A stretch of 64,000 bases of DNA from an uncultured virus (IMG/VR IMGVR_UViG_3300028888_000136). Lineage: Duplodnaviria; Heunggongvirae; Uroviricota; Caudoviricetes. Of this stretch, positions 40,074 through 50,514 are shown piece after piece. The notes under the pieces are model-generated. The model did not search any database and was not told the DNA's origin. It saw only the letters and a list, made by a program, of their open reading frames with translations. Each line of letters starts with the position of its first letter. Position 1 is the stretch's first letter. Location: the IMG/VR virus record IMGVR_UViG_3300028888_000136; one strand, given 5' to 3'. A program made the translations under genes and the position numbers.

Positions 40074-41912
40074 ATGATAACAATACAGATGAGAAATGGT
40101 ATGCTGGATGTCGGCTCAGAACAGGACATTGCATTCTCTTGGAAATCATTCCGATTCGCGGAGGGGCTCAGGGACCAGTACACGACCGACATAGAATTGC
40201 CGAAGACAGCGAATAATATAAAAATACTGGACTGCTACAATTTGCTTGATTCTCCTAACCAGTTGTATGGTAACCAGATACAGCCAGCCATTCTGACTGT
40301 TGATGGTCGTATGACAAATTGTTATCTTCAGGTTGTGAGTATAAACAAGACCACGATTACGGTATGTTTGTACGAAAACACATTTCCTATGTCAATCAGG
40401 GACAAAAACATAGCCCGTATGTTCGAGGATGACAATTCCACAATAATAGCTTGGAATACAAACACTTTGACAGCTTATCCAAACTGGTTCAAGGAATACG
40501 ACTACGGAATGCCTTATGACACACAATACGCACAGCTACACCCGTCTAAAAAACTAGATGACTTGCTGCCTGTGATTTCAAACAAAATAAACACTTCCAT
40601 ACCGTCCATAAGACCGAATTGGTATGTTCTGGCTACAGGAAAGTATTTATGCCCACAAAATCATAAACAGTATGTTGAGGGGAAGATGGATTCGTCTAAC
40701 ATATTCTGCATAATGGGAGGACAGCACATAACAAACGATTTGGAATACAGTGCTTCCATCACCAGTAACGACAAAATCATATTCAACCGCGACTGCAATG
40801 TATCTATGAACATATGGATAAGCTGGAAAGCTAAGAACAACGGATATAAAATACCTTTTGTAGTGAACCAATGGCATTACGACACGCACACGAACACAAG
40901 TTATGAATACCAATTGAACGGTCTTGACTACACGAACGACATCACGATAGGAAGCGCCACTTTCAACATAAAGAGGAATGACCATATTTCGTTTTTCATA
41001 CCTGACGGGGACAGGTTCGATATGGTAAGCTGTTTAGCTGAGCTTGACATAACGGACTACGAAATAACCGAAGACGACTACTACCAAGATATGCAGTATG
41101 TGTCCAGACTTCCAAAGCTTGTTGTCTATCAATACGGAGGCAATAGTTACGAGGACTGGTATTTTGACGGCTCTTCATACGACCTTGGATGGCACAGAAG
41201 AGGGACTTCAAACACTTTACACAGATATATACAGACAACTTGGTCATCATTTGCTTGGTTCGGCTATTATGCAAACATTCCAGAAATGAGTGTGGCGGAC
41301 CTTATTTGGGGTATTGGATGGCTACTTGGTAGAAAGCCTGTGTTCAGCAACGGCGAGCTTGAATGGGTTGATGTGGACACATCGTTAACCCTGACAAACG
41401 CTTATATAAGCGAAACAAGACCAGCGTCTAATTATTTTGGCAAAAAGAACTATATCAAATGGAAAAACGATGAAAATGCCGAGCCTATAAGCGAAATAGA
41501 CAATATTTGGCTTGAGGACAGGAGAATTCTTCACGAAAGCCCGTTTGCAAAAACCACTAGGCTCGGTCAATGGTCAGGCATTGTGCCGCAATATTCAAAT
41601 CCAGAATACGACAGTGAAAACGGAGAGTACAATTGCGATTTCGAGGATGTAGGTTTCGTGATAATGGAAAACGCCACAAATACTGGCAATATACAGGTTA
41701 TATCCCCGTATATCAGGACCATTCCTTTGCAAACACTTGGTCTGGAATCAATAACATCAACAGTAGAGGTGACGATAGAATCTTTTGACATACCGACTGA
41801 ACCAACCGACTTCATTTATCTAGACGGACGCAAATTCTTTACAATAGAAGGTAATGTTGACCTAGTAAACAAAAAAAGTACAATAACGGCATTGCTTGTG
41901 CCGACTTTATAA
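40074..41912 (+). CDS. Tail hub-like protein
   Basis: IELP..N and GGQHITNDL shared with 6842-9652. Confidence 0.6.
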   Translation: MITIQMRNGMLDVGSEQDIAFSWKSFRFAEGLRDQYTTDIELPKTANNIKILDCYNLLDSPNQLYGNQIQPAILTVDGRMTNCYLQVVSINKTTITVCLYENTFPMSIRDKNIARMFEDDNSTIIAWNTNTLTAYPNWFKEYDYGMPYDTQYAQLHPSKKLDDLLPVISNKINTSIPSIRPNWYVLATGKYLCPQNHKQYVEGKMDSSNIFCIMGGQHITNDLEYSASITSNDKIIFNRDCNVSMNIWISWKAKNNGYKIPFVVNQWHYDTHTNTSYEYQLNGLDYTNDITIGSATFNIKRNDHISFFIPDGDRFDMVSCLAELDITDYEITEDDYYQDMQYVSRLPKLVVYQYGGNSYEDWYFDGSSYDLGWHRRGTSNTLHRYIQTTWSSFAWFGYYANIPEMSVADLIWGIGWLLGRKPVFSNGELEWVDVDTSLTLTNAYISETRPASNYFGKKNYIKWKNDENAEPISEIDNIWLEDRRILHESPFAKTTRLGQWSGIVPQYSNPEYDSENGEYNCDFEDVGFVIMENATNTGNIQVISPYIRTIPLQTLGLESITSTVEVTIESFDIPTEPTDFIYLDGRKFFTIEGNVDLVNKKSTITALLVPTL

Positions 41913-41922
41913 GAAATATAAA

Positions 41923-43578
41923 ATGGCTATAACAAATTCAAAGATAAGAATTTATGCTGACGAGGACCTTGAAACTCTCGTCAAGACGATAGACACACAG
42001 GGAGATGCGAACGCAATAGACGCTTCCCAACTTGATGAAGGAGAGACATACTGGGCCACTGTTCAGATTACGGTTACAGGCGGTGTCACTTCCGAGGAAA
42101 GCAACAAATACAAATTCTATACACTCCCTGATATAGAGTTTACACTCGCACCGTTTGCGGCTGGCACTTCCATTCTTTTCGGAGTTGAAACATCAACCAA
42201 TACTGTCAGGATAGCCAGAAGCGGTGTGATGTACAAGGAAACAGACCAAAGGAGCAGGGAAAACTACGTCTATTCAGACGGTTTCCATCACGACTTCAAC
42301 GGACAGATAGACGGTCTTCTACCTGACACAATGTACACCCTCACGCCTGTTGTTGTTGATGAATTCGGCAGGATGTGGGTAAACACACCAAGCTCTGTTT
42401 ATGTGAAAACAAGCGTTGTCGCGCCTGTCGTGACAATCGGTTCACTCAATGTATCTGGTAATGTGGCAAGCGGCTCTGTGAATGTGGTGTCGGATTCACC
42501 GTTGACTGGTCTTGAAATCAAATTGCAGCCTCAGGGTGGTGGAAACTACATAAATGCAACAGGATATTCCGTACAGGACGGTGTCCAGCAATTCTATGCG
42601 TCAGGACTTTCCAACGACACTACATACAATGTGTATGCAACTGCAACCAATGACGGAGGAAGCGCAACAGCCACAGCCACACTCACAACCCTGTCAGTTG
42701 ACGCTTATGTCACACTTGACGATTGCGATTTGGATGTCCAGCACAAAACAGACACCATATACGTTGAGGTAAGCGGATACGCTGGAAGCGGTGCTACTAT
42801 CGACCTAGTCGGGGCCAGATTCTTCCTTGATGATTCAATTGGAAGCACTATGGTGGGTGATATTAGCGGCCAATTGGGTGAAACCTCTATAACATACCAC
42901 GCTGGAGGTCTCCCTTCAGGTACTGAAATATTTGTATTTGCATATATGACATACACCGTTGACGGAAATAGCTATACTGTATATTCTGAAAGCCATTCTG
43001 TCACAACAGTACCTGTTATGGAATTTGTCACTCAGTCAGTTAGTCAAGACTCCTGTGCTGGTGATTTCACAATAAAAGGAAACAGAGTAAACGCAGTTAC
43101 GCTGCAATACAAAGAAACATCAGCATCCAACTGGTCGAATGCGACAGTTAATGGTAATTCATACGTTATCAGCGGTTTGGTACCGAATACAACATACAAC
43201 CTGAGAGGTACTGTTTCAAACGATTCGGGAAGCTACACAACAAATGTTCTGAATTTCACTACAAGTCCACAAGACACTGGTTCAGTGGAAATTAACGATA
43301 TGAGCGCTTTTGTTGGTGAAAAAATGATGTTCAAAGCCACTTACAAAATGGGGAAATACGGAGCTGACACCACGACATTCCAAGTGAGAGTATATGACGA
43401 AAAGGACAAACTCTTGGCTGATTTCTCACCAACGGTCACTGGAGATGCCTTTGATGGCGTACTGACTAGAGAAGCTGGTATAGCTTTGCCAGAGAAATGC
43501 CAGTATGTGAAATACCAAGTTATTGTCACAAATAAAGGCGGCTATGAAAATTCCACTTGGATAGACATACGTTTGTAA
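41923..43578 (+). CDS. FN3-repeat tail protein
   Basis: GL.PDT.Y-type motifs repeated; start corrected from 41896. Confidence 0.65.
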   Translation: MAITNSKIRIYADEDLETLVKTIDTQGDANAIDASQLDEGETYWATVQITVTGGVTSEESNKYKFYTLPDIEFTLAPFAAGTSILFGVETSTNTVRIARSGVMYKETDQRSRENYVYSDGFHHDFNGQIDGLLPDTMYTLTPVVVDEFGRMWVNTPSSVYVKTSVVAPVVTIGSLNVSGNVASGSVNVVSDSPLTGLEIKLQPQGGGNYINATGYSVQDGVQQFYASGLSNDTTYNVYATATNDGGSATATATLTTLSVDAYVTLDDCDLDVQHKTDTIYVEVSGYAGSGATIDLVGARFFLDDSIGSTMVGDISGQLGETSITYHAGGLPSGTEIFVFAYMTYTVDGNSYTVYSESHSVTTVPVMEFVTQSVSQDSCAGDFTIKGNRVNAVTLQYKETSASNWSNATVNGNSYVISGLVPNTTYNLRGTVSNDSGSYTTNVLNFTTSPQDTGSVEINDMSAFVGEKMMFKATYKMGKYGADTTTFQVRVYDEKDKLLADFSPTVTGDAFDGVLTREAGIALPEKCQYVKYQVIVTNKGGYENSTWIDIRL

Positions 43579-43687
43579 TAAGCTCCATAGATGACCGTAG
43601 AGAGGCGATTTACTATACAGACGAGTAACCATACCACCAGACCGTATATCGCTTGAAATTCGAAGGATTTGGTGGGTAGAACAAAAG

Positions 43688-43715
43688 AAAGGGCTTCCAG
43701 TTTGGAGGCCCTTTT
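43688..43715. terminator. Bidirectional terminator
   Basis: aaagggcttcca/tggaggcccttt inverted repeat. Confidence 0.75.
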
Positions 43716-43751
43716 CAGTTAGAAAAATAATAAAGTAAAAATGAAAGAATT

Positions 43752-44471
43752 TTATGATGCGACTGAGAGTGCCGCTTTTCGTTTGTTTACTATGTTTTTG
43801 AAAATCTTGTTGTTATGATATTGAATATTATCATCCCAAAGACCTTTAAGCACTTCAATAGACTCAGCGTTAGATGTTTTTGCAAAGAGCCAAGCAGGGA
43901 TACGTTCATCTTTAGATTCTTGTTGTACATTCTGATTATGTTGAGGCTGAGTATATTGCTTCTGCACTTGCTGACCAGCTGCCCAGTTGAATACAACATT
44001 TCCGAATCTGTCCACAATAACTAACTTAACACAATCCTTTCCAACAAATTCAATCTCCTTAACTTGGAAGGTCATACACATTTTGTTATTGAAGTAATAT
44101 GACTGGGGACAGTCAATCTTAATCTTGGGCGTGTAATAGAGATAATCACAACCCCAACGAGCCAAACAACGCTTGAGAATGTCGGAGCTTTTCGATTTCT
44201 CTGCTTCAATATTTGCTTCACTCCCCGTATCTTCCTTATAGACCCAGCAATTTCTATCTTCATCCCAAATATCCAGTCTTCCATAAATAGTGCCAGCGAC
44301 ATCCTTATAAGAAATCTGCCAGTTCATAACACCGACAGTGTCGTTCAGTATTCTTGCAGCGCAGCGTGAATCGATATATAAGAGGAGGCTGCATTTCCCT
44401 TGTACCTTCGTGTCTGTTGGTCTTACTTCAATTTGCTCGGCTGTGAGCGGTCTAAAATTCAATTCTTTCAT
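43752..44471 (-). CDS. Rad52/Sak-family single-strand annealing protein
   Basis: Paralog of 9751-10503. Confidence 0.82.
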   Translation of the reverse strand: MKELNFRPLTAEQIEVRPTDTKVQGKCSLLLYIDSRCAARILNDTVGVMNWQISYKDVAGTIYGRLDIWDEDRNCWVYKEDTGSEANIEAEKSKSSDILKRCLARWGCDYLYYTPKIKIDCPQSYYFNNKMCMTFQVKEIEFVGKDCVKLVIVDRFGNVVFNWAAGQQVQKQYTQPQHNQNVQQESKDERIPAWLFAKTSNAESIEVLKGLWDDNIQYHNNKIFKNIVNKRKAALSVAS

Positions 44472-44656
44472 TTTTAACTAATTTTAATTTATAATTATTT
44501 TTGTTTTTTTTTTTCTAACTAACGGGAAACAGTTGCTTGAAAAATCCCAATTTTCATCAATATCAAAATTGCTGTGCGTTTCCCTTGATGAATAAGTTTC
44601 ATATTGCTTTCTGTATATAAATATACAAAAAAATACAGAGAATTCAAAATTAAAAA

Positions 44657-44728
44657 TTATTTTTTTGTTACTTCTTCTTCTTTGATAGTCTCTGTTGTTC
44701 CTTGGGTAATGTAGATTTCTTCTTCCAT
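44657..44728 (-). CDS. Conserved 23-aa acidic micro-protein
   Basis: MEEEIYITQGTTETIKEEEVTKK. Confidence 0.55.
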   Translation of the reverse strand: MEEEIYITQGTTETIKEEEVTKK

Positions 44729-44933
44729 TTTCTTTGTTTTTTAACTATTATTATTAAAACTAACGCTATATACAATAAGGTAAGTGCCGTTGGTGTCATT
44801 GTCAAGTGTTTTTATATAAATAGTCTTAAAAACAAAAAAACCAATGCACCTTCGGGAATGCATTGGAATTTTCATCCATTAAACTAATTATATTTTACAA
44901 CTTACCAGATTTCACGCTCTGGCTGGCGTTAAT

Positions 44934-45263
44934 TTATTCTTCTTCTTGTTCCTCTTGTTTTTCAACATACTCTTCAAATTGCAAGAAAATCCACCCGCTG
45001 GCATTGCTGTATGCTTCTGTTATATGTTCTACGTCTTTGACGAAAAAAACCTCCCGTTTGTCTCTAATTTCCACACACAGCGTTGAATTGTTCTGAATAT
45101 ACATTAACACCTTGAATCCGTTTTCGCTTTCAAGCACAAAACGCTTCCCCAGCGCGGCACATTGTAGGAAGTTATTGTAACAATCAAACATCATATCAAC
45201 AAAATTGGTTACGTTTTCGTTGTTCTCTGCGTTTTTGCTCGCCAGCACTTGATTTTCTTTCAT
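44934..45263 (-). CDS. Early hypothetical protein
   Basis: Near-identical to 11549-11881. Confidence 0.75.
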   Translation of the reverse strand: MKENQVLASKNAENNENVTNFVDMMFDCYNNFLQCAALGKRFVLESENGFKVLMYIQNNSTLCVEIRDKREVFFVKDVEHITEAYSNASGWIFLQFEEYVEKQEEQEEE

Positions 45264-45699
45264 ATTACTTTTTAATTTATATCACAACCAACATCGGCTG
45301 TGCAGGTAGTTATACATTTAAGTTTTGAAAAATCCAAATTTAAATTAATTTTTATTAAAAGTCAATTTGGCGGGCGGAACATTTTCGTGCCATCTAAAGA
45401 TGGATTCACTGTTGGAATACTTGATGTTGCTTCGCTTTTAGATGTAACCTGCTGATATTGAGATACCATTCACCAAAGAGCCGATTTAAGAGGCGATTAG
45501 TAGTTGAGAGGATAGATTATACCAGTTGGTATATTATCGCTTGTCCTGTGTTATCCCTGCCACCACCAGAAAGAAAATTCAGATATTGGTATATTTGTAA
45601 AAACGAACACGCAAGTGTGAGAACATTCCAACGATAGTTGGGATGTAAATAAATAATTTTAATTAAAAAAATTATTCTATACTGCTAAGGTATATATAC

Positions 45700-45890
45700 C
45701 TATAGGTATATTAGTAATATCTATATTACTTTATTAAATAGATATTAGTAATATCGATATTATTAATTGGGGTTATAACGCCAATCAAATTGAAAAATTC
45801 CCCAATCAAATACTAATTGATTGGGTATATAACGCCAATCAATTTATATGTTCCGCATATTGACTGGTATTATATTACCAATCAAAATAG
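45700..45890. repeat. Putative replication origin: CCAATCAA iteron-like repeats in AT-rich DNA
   Basis: CCAATCAA at 45781, 45802, 45835 and 45878; inverted copy at 45817; duplicated TATTAGTAATATC upstream. Confidence 0.6.
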
Positions 45891-45990
45891 CAGTGTTATT
45901 TCTTAAAAATTGTTAAAAATAATTATTTTTTAGAAAATTATTGATTTATTAGCTATTTATTTGTATAATAGTAATAGAAAGTAGCAGTGC

Positions 45991-46089
45991 GATACCACAT
46001 AGCACATAGAGGAATAATGGCTGTCAGATTGGAACTTATGGTAGTGGTATCCCGTAACTCCAACGACAGCCGCTTTTTTAAGATACCAC
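45991..46089 (+). ncRNA. Structured 5' leader (putative RNA switch), unit B
   Basis: GATACCAC (45991), hairpin with loop GTGGTATC (46044), GATACCAC (46082) just before the ATG. Confidence 0.6.
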
Positions 46090-46093
46090 AACA

Positions 46094-46633
46094 ATGTTAC
46101 AGTTAACAAATTATTCCAAGCTACCGAGCATAATATTTAACTCGGTGGAACTAAACCCAAATGAAAAAATAATGCTTGCATATTTGACCAACAGAGCAAA
46201 TTATTTCAATAGAGAAGATGATTGGTTTGGTGTTCCTCTTTGTTGTTTTGCAAGTGATATAGGTTTCAATGACCACCACAAAGTGTCTGATGTCAGAAAG
46301 TCTCTTGTGAATATGGGTCTTATAGAGTATAAGAGAGGCGGCAATGCGAAATCATCCAAATACAAAGTATGCTGGGATAATATTTATGAAAACCTCACAT
46401 CAAGATATGAAACAAAAACAGAAGAAGAGAATCAAATCAACGATGTGATAAATGAAAAAATAGAAGACGTAATAAACAATAAGAAATCAAATTACGACAT
46501 ATCGTTCGAAAATCCAGAGTTTCGTAAAAAACTTACCGCTATGAAGGAAAATATTTCAAGACAATTCAATGTAGCAGAAGAAGAGGTACGAAATAACATA
46601 ATAAACACTTTTAATAATAAAATTAAAATTTAA
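46094..46633 (+). CDS. Winged-HTH putative replication initiator
   Basis: L.PNEKIML.YL...R.SL..GLIEY.RG pattern; adjacent to the iteron-like repeats. Confidence 0.6.
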   Translation: MLQLTNYSKLPSIIFNSVELNPNEKIMLAYLTNRANYFNREDDWFGVPLCCFASDIGFNDHHKVSDVRKSLVNMGLIEYKRGGNAKSSKYKVCWDNIYENLTSRYETKTEEENQINDVINEKIEDVINNKKSNYDISFENPEFRKKLTAMKENISRQFNVAEEEVRNNIINTFNNKIKI

Positions 46634-46639
46634 AAAAAA

Positions 46640-46894
46640 ATGACTAAAAACATTGAAGAAACAATCGCCTTGATATTAAGGCCTAACGTAATGGAAGCCG
46701 CGTTCCAATTAAACGAAGTTGATTTCAAGTATTTAATAACAAAATTGTATTACTTCTCTAGGGGTAAGGAATACAACGAAACACCTGATAACGAAAACCC
46801 TTTGGTAAAAGTTATTTTTGATATGGAGAAATCATTTTTGGAATACAATCTCAACAGGTTCATTAAGAATAACGGTGAAAAAATTAACCAATAA
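46640..46894 (+). CDS. Small replication-associated protein (DUF6291-like by eye)
   Basis: L...D...L...Y...G....P.VK.IF pattern. Confidence 0.4.
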   Translation: MTKNIEETIALILRPNVMEAAFQLNEVDFKYLITKLYYFSRGKEYNETPDNENPLVKVIFDMEKSFLEYNLNRFIKNNGEKINQ

Positions 46895-46897
46895 CAT

Positions 46898-47269
46898 ATG
46901 GACAAATTCATACCAAAAGAAGAGTGGCCGTCACAAGTCAGGCCGAATTCAACAGACAGTGAACTTTTGAGATGCGGTAACATCCTGAGGAAATGGATAA
47001 ATGAAGACAAAAACATTGACGTTGATTTTGACTTTTTCTCCTTGTATAAGGCTATTGTAAGTTACATTGAAGCATATAAACGTAATGGAATAGAATTTGA
47101 CGAATATTATTCCTTAATATGTTTGAAAATAATAAACGACATATTGTTGTTTCTAGCCGACCGACACAACAGGGAAATAGATGACTACCTGATAGACAGG
47201 GACTATGAGAACGCCAGAAACTACATAAAGAAAAAATATCACTTAGAAGAAACAACGAAGCCAGCCTAA
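46898..47269 (+). CDS. Hypothetical protein
   Basis: In operon; followed by terminator at 47259-47285. Confidence 0.65.
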   Translation: MDKFIPKEEWPSQVRPNSTDSELLRCGNILRKWINEDKNIDVDFDFFSLYKAIVSYIEAYKRNGIEFDEYYSLICLKIINDILLFLADRHNREIDDYLIDRDYENARNYIKKKYHLEETTKPA

Positions 47270-47412
47270 TCAGGCTGGTTTTTTTATTTAATGTTGATAT
47301 ATGAATTTTTCATTTTCTTTTGACTTTTTCATTATTTTATGTATATTATAATTGAAAAAAAAAGAAAACAACACACTATTTATATTAAAATAACAAAATA
47401 AAAAAAATATGA

Positions 47413-47976
47413 ATGACAAAAATAAACATTCTAGTCCGTAGCGGACAGTATTGCAGGGTATTTTCAAGTCAAACATTCTCAATAAGGAATTTGATAACAC
47501 AACTAAGAAGGTATAATCCCAACGCAGATGTACTATGTATTTGGTACGGGGAAGGCACACTTTATTTCGCCTCCAACGATGAATGGAAAAAACTACCGTT
47601 ACACTCTTGGAGAGTGCCAGATGCAATTTACATCCCAACCGACAATGACAAAGTTAGTTTACTTGAGAACTACGACTATAGAACAGCCGTAAATCTGTCG
47701 TATGCGAGATGTATGAACATTGGCAAGTATCCAAAGCTTCACCCGTTCAAAGGCGTTAAAATAGGCGGTCATTTGCCATCAGAATTGTCCAAATACGAGG
47801 ATGCACACTATCCTTTGTTTGTGGCCGACAATGAGAACCCGTACGCCAACAAAGAGGATATATTGCTGCACTTGGACGGTTACAGGATTGAAAAGAAAGT
47901 CAACGGATATGACATAGCTGGCTATTTGATTGAAAATAATAGATACAGTTCAATCGAAGATGGCGATAGAGCATAG
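47413..47976 (+). CDS. Conserved hypothetical protein
   Basis: Homolog of 16475-17080. Confidence 0.75.
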   Translation: MTKINILVRSGQYCRVFSSQTFSIRNLITQLRRYNPNADVLCIWYGEGTLYFASNDEWKKLPLHSWRVPDAIYIPTDNDKVSLLENYDYRTAVNLSYARCMNIGKYPKLHPFKGVKIGGHLPSELSKYEDAHYPLFVADNENPYANKEDILLHLDGYRIEKKVNGYDIAGYLIENNRYSSIEDGDRA

Positions 47977-48295
47977 TAATGAATCAGAATTCATCGCATA
48001 TTGCACAAGGTGCCTTGCTATAGATATTAGAGTGGAAGGGAATTTAGAATACTGTCCTCACTGTTTCAAGAGAAAAAACCCCTCAACGATTGATTTCACC
48101 ACTTGGGAGAGGTGGGAAGAACTATACGAACAAAAGTACGGTCATCAGCTGGTAGAGAAAAAAACGCCATACGATGACATCAGTGAGGTTTTTTACGAGG
48201 AAGCCGAAGAAACAATCACAGAGATAGATGCAATCAGCAAGCAAATGATTGTTAGAGAGAAAATTAATTTGAATTTAGACCGTCTAAAGGAATAA
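47960..48295 (+). CDS. Zinc-ribbon protein
   Basis: CTRC...CPHC; RWEELY shared with 17070-17390. Confidence 0.7.
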   Translation: MAIEHSNESEFIAYCTRCLAIDIRVEGNLEYCPHCFKRKNPSTIDFTTWERWEELYEQKYGHQLVEKKTPYDDISEVFYEEAEETITEIDAISKQMIVREKINLNLDRLKE

Positions 48296-48316
48296 TATAG
48301 ATAATTCTGAAAACAA

Positions 48317-48844
48317 GTGACAAAAAAACAAAAACATTTCATAGAAGCCAAAGCGCACGACAATGTAGATTTTCATTTTTTCAAACAAATGGTAAAGCCC
48401 AACTGGACTTGCACACAGACTGGGGACCCAGACAAATTCTCGGATGGTGATTTCAGCGAGTATGACGTACTGGTGACTGACGGTCATAAAGAATTCTATG
48501 TAGAGCTGAAGGGCCGAAAATACCAACTTAACGAAAAACTCCTCAATGAAGGGTGTCTGATTGACAGGGATAAAGTTGAAGAGCTTGAAAAGTTCGGTAA
48601 CGCTTATGTTGTTCAGTTTTTCCCTGAGAGCAACAGGACGTTTGTTTGGGATATACACAACAAAAAAGACTGGAGATACCAAGAGACTATAACCACACCG
48701 TTCGAGCTTGGAAGCGAAAGGAAAATAAACAAGGATGTATATTTTATGCCTTTTTCACCTGAGAACGAGAGATACATTGATATTTCAAACTATAATGAAC
48801 TACTTGGCAAGGAAATAGACAGACTTACAAAAAATTATGAATAA
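48317..48844 (+). CDS. PD-(D/E)xK nuclease-like protein
   Basis: YD...VELKGR motif. Confidence 0.6.
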   Translation: MTKKQKHFIEAKAHDNVDFHFFKQMVKPNWTCTQTGDPDKFSDGDFSEYDVLVTDGHKEFYVELKGRKYQLNEKLLNEGCLIDRDKVEELEKFGNAYVVQFFPESNRTFVWDIHNKKDWRYQETITTPFELGSERKINKDVYFMPFSPENERYIDISNYNELLGKEIDRLTKNYE

Positions 48845-48862
48845 CAAGGAAAACAAATACTG

Positions 48863-49069
48863 ATGACAACAAAGAAAAAAGCGTTCAAAGTTATTTACAA
48901 CCTCATAGTTGACGGTGTTTTGGCTGAAAAAGAGGCTTACAACCTCATAGAAGGTATTTTCGACAGGGAAGTTATGCAGATTCCTGTGCCGATACCAACA
49001 GCTGAAACAGAGAACCCGATGGAAGAGCCAGTTAATAATGTAGAAGTGAAAGGTTTTCACTTGGAATAA
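48863..49069 (+). CDS. Small conserved hypothetical protein
   Basis: Homolog of 17892-18125. Confidence 0.7.
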   Translation: MTTKKKAFKVIYNLIVDGVLAEKEAYNLIEGIFDREVMQIPVPIPTAETENPMEEPVNNVEVKGFHLE

Positions 49070-49090
49070 TTGAAGAAAATTCAAAGATTA

Positions 49091-49570
49091 ATGGCTAAAT
49101 GGTTCAAATTGAAGGAGTTTTGTGTTTCAGGGTCACATCCAGAGCTGGTTGAGGTTCCGAAAGAAGGAACACCAATCTATAACAACATAGTATATCTGAT
49201 GGAGAGGATGGACATAATAAGGGAAAAATGGAACGGTCCGATAATTGTCACCAGCGGATATAGACCACCGAAACTTAACAAGGCTGTAGGTTCAACTGCC
49301 AAGAATAGTGCGCATTTGGTCGGTCTCGCTGCCGATTTTCACCCGAAGAACGGAAAAATAATGGATTTGGCGAAACAGATAGCCAGTATGGAGATGGACT
49401 GGGACCAACTAATATTGGAGAAATGCACAATAAAAAACAGTGAGATAATAAACTGCCAATGGCTACATCTTGGTTTCTCCAGAACAAACAACAGAAGACA
49501 AATTCTTGCTTGGGATGGCAAAACCTACAAGCCAGTAAAAATAACCACAGAAAAGAAATTGACTGTTTAA
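49091..49570 (+). CDS. Endolysin, peptidase M15 family
   Basis: TSGYR...N..VG...S.H..G.AAD...WLH motifs. Confidence 0.88.
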   Translation: MAKWFKLKEFCVSGSHPELVEVPKEGTPIYNNIVYLMERMDIIREKWNGPIIVTSGYRPPKLNKAVGSTAKNSAHLVGLAADFHPKNGKIMDLAKQIASMEMDWDQLILEKCTIKNSEIINCQWLHLGFSRTNNRRQILAWDGKTYKPVKITTEKKLTV

Positions 49571-50508
49571 TGGCAAGTAAGAACGAGAATTTACGCAAAG
49601 CTAAAAAAGCCAAAAATGATGAATTCTTCACAAGAATAGAAGATATAGAGAAGGAGTTGGTTAATTACCAAGATTTTTTCAAAGACAAAGTGGTATATTG
49701 CAATTGTGACCATCCTACAGAGAGCAATTTCCCAAGATATTTCATTCTTAATTTTGAAAAGTTAGGTTTGAAAAAACTTGTTTCAACCTGTTTCATAAGT
49801 GACAGCAAAGGATGGGTTGGCACAAAAGAAAAAGACTGTGAATACACTATAGAGCAGCTTGCAAGTGACGGTGATTTCCGTTCCGAAGAGTGTATTGAAT
49901 TTCTAAAAGAATGCGATGTTGTTGTGACCAACCCACCATTTAGTTTGTTTCGTGAGTATATTGCCCAACTGATTGAATACGAAAAAAAATTTTTAGTTAT
50001 TGGAAACTTAAATGCTATCACTTATAAAGATATTTTTTCCTTAATCAAAGATAATAAGATTTGGATGGGTACAACATATTTCAATGGTGGTGCAGCATAT
50101 TTTTATGGTGATGCCAAAGTGTTTGATGTGAATAAGATTGCCAACCCAAAGAACGCTTGGGTGGAAAATGGTAAATTGTATTGGCGAGTTAATGGTGTTC
50201 GTTGGTTTACAAATATTGAGCATAAGAAGAGAAACACACCAATTGACATTTATAAGACCTATTCCGCAGAGAATTATCCAAAATATGATAACTACGATGC
50301 CATTGAGGTGTCAAAGGTTGTGGAGATTCCCGAAGATTACAAGGGAGTTATGGGTGTTCCCATTTCATTCCTTGACAAATATTGTCCTACACAATTTCAA
50401 ATTGTGAAATTCCGTAAGGGTGATGACAATAAAGATTTGTCGGTCAATGGTAAATGTCCTTATTTTAGAATTTTAATTAAGCGAGTTAAAAATAACGAAA
50501 CAAAATAA
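49570..50508 (+). CDS. Orphan EcoRI-family adenine methyltransferase
   Basis: KNDEFFT, VYCNCD and TNPPFSLFREY motifs; ATG overlaps the lysin stop. Confidence 0.88.
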   Translation: MASKNENLRKAKKAKNDEFFTRIEDIEKELVNYQDFFKDKVVYCNCDHPTESNFPRYFILNFEKLGLKKLVSTCFISDSKGWVGTKEKDCEYTIEQLASDGDFRSEECIEFLKECDVVVTNPPFSLFREYIAQLIEYEKKFLVIGNLNAITYKDIFSLIKDNKIWMGTTYFNGGAAYFYGDAKVFDVNKIANPKNAWVENGKLYWRVNGVRWFTNIEHKKRNTPIDIYKTYSAENYPKYDNYDAIEVSKVVEIPEDYKGVMGVPISFLDKYCPTQFQIVKFRKGDDNKDLSVNGKCPYFRILIKRVKNNETK

Positions 50509-50514
50509 ATATGA

